NCBI GenBank assembly: GCA_036479435.1
Contig: JAZGFI010000141.1
Span: 1 to 19,748 of the forward strand
DNA from: Planctomycetota bacterium
GTDB lineage: Bacteria > Planctomycetota > GCA-002687715 > DRQF01
Direction of reading: 5' to 3'
DNA length: 19,748 nt
The notes beneath the pieces were generated by a model. It made no database searches. It was given only the letters and a program-made list of their open reading frames with translations, and was not told the DNA's origin. This document shows positions 1 to 8,900 of the stretch, one piece after another (position 1 is the first letter of the stretch; every line of letters begins with the position of its first letter). Position numbers and translations under genes: made by a program.

Positions 1-1
1 G

Positions 2-85
2 CTCAGACTAGTCTCGGCGATGCTCGCTGAGAAAAGCGAGGAATGGGAGACCGGGACAATCTATTTGGCGATGGGATCGGAATGA
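2..85 (+). CDS. IS256-family (Mutator-type) transposase, C-terminal 27 aa, partial at window edge
   Basis: Frame +2 reads LRLVSAMLAEKSEEWETGTIYLAMGSE* with TGA at 83-85. This resembles the LRLVSAxLxExxEEWxTGxxYL C-terminus I recall for IS256-family transposases. Not in the ORF track because it has no start in the window. Confidence 0.8.
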   Translation, partial: LRLVSAMLAEKSEEWETGTIYLAMGSE

Positions 86-96
86 CTCGCTCGTGG

Positions 97-123
97 AAAT
101 TACAGAAGAAATGTTGCGTCATC
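97..123 (+). mobile_element. Probable right terminal inverted repeat of the IS256-family element
   Basis: AAATTACAGAAGAAATGTTGCGTCATC begins 11 nt after the transposase stop and resembles IS256-type ends (TTACAGAAAA...TTG...ATC). The left IR and target duplication are outside the window, so pairing cannot be confirmed. Confidence 0.6.
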
Positions 124-354
124 CGCAGTGTTCGTGACATCCGCGAGGTTGATCTTCGTGCTTCGCCCTAACCGACCCAAATCGATCCGAGCTGTCACCT
201 CGCGACGACGACCAAGGCTATCAAGCAGATCTAATCGGTCGCACAAACTGCGAGCCAACTGCGAGCGAGAGCCGCATTGGTGGCTCTGACCTTGCCTCGT
301 GTCAAGGCTCGGGTATCCAAGTCGACCCTCAGTTCGGTTAAGCAAGTCCACCCA

Positions 355-413
355 AGGCCTTTGGAAAAACGGGGGTAGGCTTTAGAAAACTGGCTAGTTA
401 GCGCCTGGAAAAC
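355..413. repeat. Three imperfect direct repeats, probable IS21 multiple terminal repeats (right end)
   Basis: AGGCCTTTGGAAAAAC (355-370), AGGCTTTAGAAAAC (377-390) and GCGCCTGGAAAAC (401-413) recur at about 20-23 nt spacing just downstream of istB. IS21 ends carry such repeated transposase-binding sites. A canonical terminal TG/CA is not clearly visible. Confidence 0.5.
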
Positions 414-439
414 TCTGCCGTTTTGATTCGCTGGCCGAC

Positions 440-885
440 TCATGAGGCCTGGTTGTTGTCGGCAGGGGGATTCCTAAACGACGCTCCGGTCATGACAACG
501 ACGTGCGCGTGATGAAGCAGCCGGTCCATTGCGGCGGAGGCCATGAGGTCGGCAAGAAACATCGGGTACCACTCCTCGATCGCACGGTTTGAAGTAATGA
601 TGGTGGCTCCTCGTTCGTAGCGCGCCCTAATGATCTCGTACAGATCAATGGGCTCATCACCGCCAAGCGGTCGGAGCCCAAGATCTTCGACGATCAAAAG
701 ATCTGGTGCGGTGAAACGCAGCAGCTTTTTGTCGTAGCTTCGGTCGGCCCTGGCTGCCCTCAGCTCAGAGAGCATCCGATGAGCCGAGGTGTAGCAGACC
801 GCATGCCCGGCGCGGCATGCTCGCTCACCGATGGCTTGGGCTAGGTGGGATTTTCCGACACCGGGGGGTGGGACCGATGAAACCG
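440..885 (-). pseudogene. istB: IS21-family helper ATPase IstB, 5'-truncated and frameshifted remnant
   Basis: GVGKSHLAQAIG (Walker A), DLLIVEDLG (Walker B region), TIITSNR and DRLLHHA are typical IstB motifs. The N-terminal portion and istA are absent, and speA ends at 915. The upstream GFIGPT is in another frame, separated from GVGKS by 4 extra bases in a C-run. Confidence 0.85.
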
Positions 886-914
886 GTCGCATTGCGAATC
901 TACATTACGACCCA

Positions 915-2825
915 CTAGGGTTTCTGAAGATAGGTGTTGCCGTGCAAGACGCGCAGAAAAGCGCCGCGGTAGTCTTGAACCGACTCCCGGCTGCGACTGC
1001 GGTCGACCTTGCGGTCGAAGGCTCTCACCATTTGGTGGGGAGAAAACCCGAAGTGCGCCAATGAGCTTTCCACTGAAGAGCCTTCGTCGGTGTCGATCAG
1101 CCGAAACTCGTCTTCGCCCGTCACTTCAATGACGCCTTCGGCGGCAGTCCCGAATAAGTTGTGAAAGTCGCCCAAGACATCTTGGTAGGCACCGACAAGA
1201 AACATGCCGATCAGACAGGACTGGCCCGGCTCTAGCTCTGGGAGCCATAAGAAAGGCTCTGATTTCCCCTGACCGATAAAGTGCTCGAGCTTGCCGTCGC
1301 TATCGCAAGTGATGTCACCAATGGTCGCGGCTTGACCGCGCGCATCGTCGAAACCCGTCAAGGGGCACACCGGAAACAGCTGCTGCACAGCCCAAGAATC
1401 CGGCGCCGACATGAAAATTGAGAAGTTGCACACGTATTTCGGCGCAAGCTTGCGTTCGAGATCTTTGATGTCTTCACGAACCACACCTGAGGCCTTTCGG
1501 GCGTTTCGCATCAAGCGTCGCGCACTCGCGCAAATGTCGTTGTGCAAACACTCCCCCACCGCGCGATCTTCCATGGACACATAGCCCATTTTGAAGCCAA
1601 GGATCAACTCATTGAGGAGTTGTTCGGCGTCGTGGTAGGCCTCGCGGTAATTTTCGTGTTTGATGCCTTCGAGGGTCTCTTTCAGGTCGGCAATCTGAAC
1701 GGCCTTCGTGTCGTGCCGAGCGTAGTCCCCGGGCTCATGCTCACCGACAACTCTCAGGGTCGAAACGACAATCGCAGCGTGGTGCGCGGTAAGAGCACGC
1801 CCGCTTTCGGTGACAATAGTCGGGGATCGTGCGCCGCTCTCATCGCAAATGCTCTTCACGATGTAGACGACGTCGCGAGCGTACTCGTGGAGCGAGTAGT
1901 TCATGCTCCAGTCTGTCGCCGAACGACTGCCGTCGTAGTCAACACTGAGGCCGCCGCCGATGTCCAAAATGTCGAGGCCTGAGGCGCGTTGTTGCATCGA
2001 GCAAAACAGACGGCTCGCCTCTTTGATCGCCTCTTTCAGATTCAAGATATCGGAGACTTGAGATCCGATGTGAAAGTGCAGAGCTCTCAGATTCTCGACA
2101 AGGCCTTCACGGTCCAGCTGTTCCATGGCTTCGACGATCTCCATCGTCGACAGCCCGAACTTCCCTTTTGCTCCGGAGGACTCAAGCCAACGTCCAGCCC
2201 CTTCAGAATGCAGCCGCGCGCGCAGGCCAATCATCATAAGCACCCCGACTTCTTTGATGGTGCCGATGATGTCGTCAACTTCTTGGGGGTTTTCGGCGAT
2301 CACGAGGATTCGTCGACCGTGGCTCGCAGCGTGGGCCGCAAGTTCGAGATAGTCGCGGTCTTTGAACCCGTTGCACACGACCAGGGCTTCGGCCGAAAGG
2401 TCAATCGTCAAAGCCAAGCAGAGTTCAGCCTTGCTTCCGACTTCAAGGCCGAAATGAGCAGCGCGCCCGGCGCGGGCGAGAGTCGAAACCACAATGTGAT
2501 TGTGGTTTACCTTGACGGGGTATACGCCGCGATAGGGCTGCGGATAGTCATAGAGTTCAATCGCCGCCTCGAAGGCCTCGCGAATCCGTGCTTGCCGGTT
2601 TTCCAAAATCTGCGGAAATCGAAGCAAATAGGGGTCGCTAAGCCCCTGCTCATTCAGCGAATCAATGATGTCGTCGAGTCGCGCACTGTGGCCATCCGGG
2701 CCCTGAGGAAAGACCCTGAGGTCACCACCCTCTTCGCGCTTGAAGTAACCGCCACCCCAAGCCCCCACGCGGTAGCGCTCGTCGCCAGCGCCAGCGTAAG
2801 CATCAGGCAACTCAGCTTCTTCCAT
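915..2825 (-). CDS. speA: Biosynthetic arginine decarboxylase (PLP fold III), 636 aa
   Basis: Motifs YPVKVNH (PLP Lys), GLEVGSKAEL, CNGFKD, HFHIGSQ, DIGGGL, ESGRA, DITCDSDG, GAYQDVLGDFHNLFG and a C-terminal TYL. Start moved from the track's TTG at 2861 to ATG 2825 because GGAGGT (2831-2836, minus strand) lies 5 nt upstream. Confidence 0.95.
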   Translation of the reverse strand: MEEAELPDAYAGAGDERYRVGAWGGGYFKREEGGDLRVFPQGPDGHSARLDDIIDSLNEQGLSDPYLLRFPQILENRQARIREAFEAAIELYDYPQPYRGVYPVKVNHNHIVVSTLARAGRAAHFGLEVGSKAELCLALTIDLSAEALVVCNGFKDRDYLELAAHAASHGRRILVIAENPQEVDDIIGTIKEVGVLMMIGLRARLHSEGAGRWLESSGAKGKFGLSTMEIVEAMEQLDREGLVENLRALHFHIGSQVSDILNLKEAIKEASRLFCSMQQRASGLDILDIGGGLSVDYDGSRSATDWSMNYSLHEYARDVVYIVKSICDESGARSPTIVTESGRALTAHHAAIVVSTLRVVGEHEPGDYARHDTKAVQIADLKETLEGIKHENYREAYHDAEQLLNELILGFKMGYVSMEDRAVGECLHNDICASARRLMRNARKASGVVREDIKDLERKLAPKYVCNFSIFMSAPDSWAVQQLFPVCPLTGFDDARGQAATIGDITCDSDGKLEHFIGQGKSEPFLWLPELEPGQSCLIGMFLVGAYQDVLGDFHNLFGTAAEGVIEVTGEDEFRLIDTDEGSSVESSLAHFGFSPHQMVRAFDRKVDRSRSRESVQDYRGAFLRVLHGNTYLQKP

Positions 2826-2891
2826 CACAGACCTCCGGCTTCGCTTCGAATCCTGCGACAACGATAATGATCTCGTGCCGCGAAGCCGGAA

Positions 2892-2920
2892 ATCGTACCA
2901 GCGGTCAAACTGAGCGACAA
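2892..2920 (-). promoter_or_regulatory. Putative sigma70-type promoter for speA
   Basis: The minus strand reads TTGTCG-N17-TACGAT with an extended TG two bases before the -10 element, 66 nt upstream of the ATG. Confidence 0.4.
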
Positions 2921-2929
2921 GCGTCGGAT

Positions 2930-5900
2930 TTAGAGTTCTCGCAGCGCAAATCGTCCATCAATCGCAGCTAGGATGGTCAGGTTCTTCCCCGCCAATTCTT
3001 GAAAGGAAACTAGCCCGCGACGGTCCGTGCTCCCCTGCGCCACGATTCGAGAACCGTTTCCAACCCGGACTTGGGCTCCAGAGACGACCTTGCCACTGGT
3101 GCGGTCTAGGACTCGGACTTGCAGATCTTTTCCATCACGTCGAACATCGAGTTCCAAGGCCGACACCAGCACCAAGCCCGTCTTGAACTGGCCGCCGCCT
3201 TCCACGACCACTAACCAGGCTCCCTCCTTGAGAACACCGAGATCGAGCTTCACGCGGCGCCGCTGGTAGGGCTTGGCGGGCCATTGCTTGACGTGGTCAC
3301 GGTCGGCGGCGATACCGGTCAGGTTGACGCGGTTGATGTTGCGCAGGCTTTTTCTGGTGGCGAACACCAAAGGCAAATCGACGGCGTAGAGCGAAGCCTT
3401 CACCTCGTTGACGTTCTTCAGCGCAAAGTCGAGCGAGACCTTTCCGGCTGGGGCCTGGTGGAGAGGGGAAAACTCAAGGACTCTTTCTTCAAGGAAATCC
3501 ACCGATCGGGCCGCGTCTGGAACCGATGAGGCCGCGGCCTTATAGAAAACGAGAGCTTCATCTAACTTGCCTTCAACCTCAGCGACTTTGCCGAGGTACC
3601 AGGCTGCAGATTCTGCGTGCTTGCAGTACCGACGATGCTTTGGCAGACCCCAAATTTTCTGCCGGAGCTGCCCTCCAATCGTTCGCACTTCCTTGTAGTC
3701 CGCGGCGAGATACGCCGCTTGCAGTCTCCAGAACTCCACCTGGGCCGCGCGGCCGTCTCGATAACCCAAAGCGGCGTAGTCGCGACCATCGCGGCGCAAG
3801 CGCTCGACGAAGCCAAGCCGACGTAAGCGGGCCAGTCTTTGGTAGCGAACCTCCGCAGATTCGGGACTCTCCGGGTGAAGGGCCAAGAAGCGGTCAAAGG
3901 CCAAAAGCCCCTCTTCCCAGTAATTTTTGCGGCTAACTAAGACGACGTCGAGGTCCTTCTTCGCAGGGTCGCGCGTCAACAGCAGACTCTCTGCCGCCTC
4001 AATCCAAGCCTGACGTGACGCGGGGTTTGAAGGGTGCCGCAGAATCGCATTGAGGACGTCGCGATTGGCCCGAGTCACTTCACCGGATTCAACTAGCGAC
4101 TGCCGCCAGACAAGCTCCCAATCGAATCTCGTCTCCAACAGATCAAGGTAGCGTCGCGCGGCCCGACCGAACTGTCTCTCGCTGGCGAACGCGCGGCCTA
4201 GGCGATGAAGGTCTCCGCTTTCAAGTTTGGGTTCTTCGAAACCGAGATCCGCGATCTCATCAAGCGTGCGCAAGCTCGCTTTGAACCGCCCGAGCTTGAG
4301 GTTCGCCACGAAGAGCTGTCGCAAAACCACGACCCGAACGGAGGTCAAAAGGTCGAGCGCGCCGAGTTCCGCCGCGAGCTTGGCGACGGACTCCCAGTCC
4401 TTGGCGTCCGCCGCTTTTTTGAACGCATCAAAGCGCTCATCAGGACTTGGTGCAGGGATCGCGACACGGCCTAAGCCGGCACTCCGGTTGAGGACCGTCA
4501 AAGAAACGTTTTCGCTGTGTCCACCCAGCTCGGGTTCAAAATCACCGCGAATTTCGGCTGGCAAGATTCGAAATTTCCCCGGCCATAACGCGTAGACCGA
4601 AATCGTGACGCGAGTTAGACCTTCGGGAATGGAATGCAGAGGCAAAACGATCTTCGATCCCTCAAAGCGTAAATTCGGCTGCTCACGAACGACTTCCGGA
4701 GAGAGCACCAGCCCGGTCGGCAATTCATCGACGATCGTGAAATCTGCCTGCAACTGATCGGATTCGATCTCCCACAGCAACTCATAGCGCTCGCCTTCGC
4801 GAAGCTCGGTCAAGCTGGGCGACAGCACGCGGTCAGGTCTGGACTCCGGTCGCAAGACGTTATTTCCGGGCTCGACCACCAAGTGCCGCTCGGAGGGTTT
4901 CCGCCAGGGGATGATCCGACGTCGGATCGAAACGCGATTGGACTTTGCCACGACTTGATCGGCATCGACCAGACAGTCGGCCACCCAGGTGAAGCGCATG
5001 CCCTCAAGACCCGGTGTTTGCAGGACGATTTCTTGTCCGCCTTTGGCGAACTTTGCAAAGGGGATCTCGGCCAAGGAACTCCCCGGCTTTGCCGAACTGA
5101 AGTCGATCGTCGCCAGACTCTTGCCGCCAACTCGAACGACGACTTGGCCAACCGCCGCACGCTGTGATTCGATCGACACGTAGTCCGCGAGCGCCGCGAT
5201 CACCGCCGCAGATTCTGCCATGCGACCATACAAGGGTCCGCGCCGCAGCGATCTTAAGTAGCGCACCAGACCTCGGGCGGAATCCGAGATACCCTCGGAC
5301 TTAACGATCGCCTTCAAGGCCCAAGCCGAAGCGATGACATCACTTTTACACCAGGGAACACGAGCGTTGCCGCGAGCCATTACCAGATCGCCGCGGCGAA
5401 CGAGTCTCCCCTTGAGCCGACGCAGAAAACGAGCGCTAAGGCTGGGTTGCTCAAGACGCTCTGCCGCCAGCACACTACGAGCGAGTCCCATCGCCGAAAG
5501 ACTGCGGTCTTCTCGCGTCATGCGTTCCAATGACTTCAAGGCCGATTTGCGGTTCGCAGTGGCGGCGAGGATGAGCGCCGCACGCGAGTCGCCGTCGAGG
5601 CGGCGTTTCAAAGATTCTTGCACCACGACGCGCGTTCGAAACAAGACCTCCACTACTTCGAGCAAGCCTAAAGAAGCTCCCGCTTCCAAAGTCTCCAGAG
5701 CGAAAGCAAGGTCTTCTGGACGCAGCGTGTCCTCACAAAGGCCTGCCGCGCGCCTTGAGGCCACAAGCTGCCGCAATCCCCGCTTGACCGTCTTCACGAG
5801 CGCGGACCGGACAAAAATCAGATTGGAGTCCTGAGTGTCGAGCGCCGCAAGAATTTGGGTCGCAACCCAGGTCTGGATCAAAGTGCGGTTGCGGAATCGG

Positions 5901-8900
5901 CCTCCACGTTTCGAAATCAGGGCCGCGAAGCCATCGGCCAGCTCATTGGCCGCCCCGGTGGAAATGGCAATCCGCAGGCTCCCCGAACCCGCAATCACAT
6001 CCGCCGGAATCTCAAACCTGAAGCGTTGGTCGCGCTGCAAAGTACCGCTTCCGCCGAAAGAAACGGGGCGGCCAAAAGGAGCCGAAAAGAGTGCGGTCGC
6101 CAAACGGTCTTCGCGCTTGCCGTTCTTCGCGGTGGCGGTTGCCAGTCCCGCGCCGATGGAACTCGCCTTCAATTCTCCGACGACGGTCTTGAATCCCGAA
6201 CGATCGAAACTCAGATCGCCATCACCCAACAACTTCAGCTCAAAAGTACCGTCGTCCATGCTGACGTCCAGGCCGACTTCGCTTCCGCTTTTCCCATGCC
6301 AGGAGACCTCCCAAGCGGCTTCAAATCGATCACCGACCAAAGCGCGCGGTGGTCCGACGAAACGCAGGGCGATCGGCTTCGCGACACGCAGCGTCGTGTC
6401 GCCACCACCGACTTGCGTCGAGGCCGTCGCGCCCACCGTGTGGACGCGCCAGGTCGTTAGGTTGTCGGGAAGATCGAAAGAGACGCGGCCTTTGCCCGAA
6501 GCGTCGGTCTTGAGCTGATGACGGTAATAGGCCAGGTCGAGAAATTTCCTCCGGGTTACCTCTCTTTTGCCGGACAGGGCTCGGTTGAAGATGTTCTCGG
6601 TGCGGGCTCGAAACTCGGTGTCACCGTTGTTGTTGAAGAAAGCCCCGGCGGTGAACTGTCTTGGCTCACCCAATAAACTTCTCTCTTTGCTACTGAGTCC
6701 CTCGCCCATGAACAGAACAGAGTTCTTAGATTGGGAGCGGAGCTCATCTCTCAGCGACATGCCCGCTGCTTTTCGAGCTCTCTTCTTGCCGCCGTGACGC
6801 CCGCCAAAAGCGCCGCCCGCTCCTCCGCCGAGACCGATCGCGGTGTTGGCGCTTGCCATCCCATCCGAAAGCGCATCCACCTCTTCGTCCATTTCCTCTT
6901 CGGCCATCAGTCCAAAGGCGGCGTCTTCTGCGCTGAATCCCCGAGCCGCTTTGCCACGCTCACGATCGCGTCTTTTGCGCTCATCAACAAGATCTTGATC
7001 CAACCACTCACTTCGTGAATGCGTACGCCAAGCGGCTGAGGACTTTGTTCTCACTCGGTGCGATCGGCGTTGACCGTAAAAGGTCGCACGAATGCCCTGG
7101 CTCAATTCCGGCGCCAATGACAAGACCGCCTCGTCCACAACTGTCATGACAAACTCGGCCTCAACGGGATTGCCCTGTTGATCGCGCGCGAGCACATCAA
7201 TGTTTACTTCTTGTCCGGGCTGAGGATTCTCAGGACTGACCTTCAAGGACAAATCCAGCCAGCGTCCTACCACGATCTCTTCTCGACTAGACCGCAAGCT
7301 TCCCCGATGGACCATGGAGGCCGACACCCATAGGTTCGGCGCCGCCCAGCTCTTGAGGGGCAGCTCAAGCGTCGACGATTTCTCACCGGGACGGTGAAGG
7401 CGATACCCGAGAATTTTTTCACCTTCGTAGGTGACGAGAACGGGACGCTCCAAAACCGGAACGTCTAAAACAAAGCGCGCCGTTTCACCTTCTCGCCACA
7501 CGAGTTTCTCCGCCGTCAGGCGCAAGTCGGCCTCGGCCTCGTAGCGCCGCGAGCGCACCGCGATCGACTTCGACGCGATGACTTTTCGATCGCCCTCTTG
7601 GCCCTCAAAAAGAAGTCGCAAGGACTCCACTTCAGGGACTTCGATCTTCAGGCGGGCCCGACCATCTGAGGCCGTCACGACGCTCCGGCGCTCGAGTTCC
7701 TCTTCTTCTTTGGCTCCGTCCCGGCGAACCATCACGCGCAAAAGGCCGGTCCTGGCCAGAGGTTCGTAACGCGAACCGGTGAGGATAATCTCAGCTTCTA
7801 ATTTATCGCCCGGACGGTATGCCCGGCGGCCCGCGCGGATAACCGCGTAGTAGGGAGCAAGACCAGCGGTGAACGACCCGAAAGCCGACTGAGGCTCGGT
7901 GCCGTCAAGCCTGGCCAAAACTTTGATGCCGTAGCGTTGGTCGCGATCCAAAAGGCCGGTGGCAACTCGAAAACGGTACTCGCCGTTCTTATCGCTAACA
8001 CCCTGGCCTCGCTTGACGTCCAGAGACATCGAGGGGCGCGGTCGCCGTTTTTTTTCTTCGAGCCAAGAAAAGGCCTCAAGCGGTGCGGCATCAAAGACGA
8101 AATCTTCGCGCCAGACGATCCAATCCAGCTGGACTCCCGCTCTGATCTGGCCCATGAAGTCTTTGGTGTTCACCACGACTTCCACATCTTCACCCGGCAC
8201 AGCAATGGGTCGGTCACTGAGCTGCGGTGTCACCGAAACTTTCAGCTCGGCTCTTTGGAAGGGCCGCAACTCAAACGCGATATTCCGACTCGATTGCCGG
8301 AAACGTACCGTGATCGTCTGTTCACCGATCTCGCCTTCGCTCGAAGTCTCAAACTCGGCCTCGAAAGACCCTGACTTGGCAAGGGCCACCGACCGTCGGG
8401 CCAAGATAATGCCGCTGGCAGCACGCCACTGAAGATCGACTTTGTCGGCCTCGTCAGGAAGTTCGTAACCATCGTCACCGCCGCGGCGAGCAAAGCCGAA
8501 CACTCGGATCGTCTGCCCGGGTCGATAAAGGGGGCGATCCGAGTCGCACCAAATGGTGTCGCGCCATGCGAAGACTTTTGCCTTTCGGGAACGCCCCACT
8601 GATTCGGCGCAGGCGGCATGAGCACCGTCAAGCGCCAAGACCTGGCGTCTGCGTATCTGGATGTCGACTTTGGTCAACAACACCCCGTCAGACCCAGTCT
8701 TGCCCTCAAAAACGACTTTTTTGCCGTCGCTGAGCAAGATGCGGGCGTTCGGGACCGGATCACCTGAGATTCGCTTCTGAACGAAGACAAGCATCTGCTC
8801 TTTGGCGTGTTTAACGGTAACTTGCAGATCACTGACGAGGACCGCGCGCTCGGCGCGGCGCACGCCGTCTTCTGCACTTACAAGATAAAGGCCGGGCTTC

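Noticed and set aside
246..266. Tandem duplication AACTGCGAGCC-AACTGCGAGC
   Set aside because: Only two short copies with no spacers; not a CRISPR array or a meaningful repeat.
100..443. Track ORFs 100..351 and 231..443 (minus strand)
   Set aside because: They run across the IS256 and IS21 end sequences and show no recognisable motifs; probably spurious.
1542..2867. Long plus-strand ORFs (146 and 292 aa) antisense to speA
   Set aside because: Shadow ORFs typical of GC-rich coding DNA; the minus-strand frame carries all SpeA motifs.
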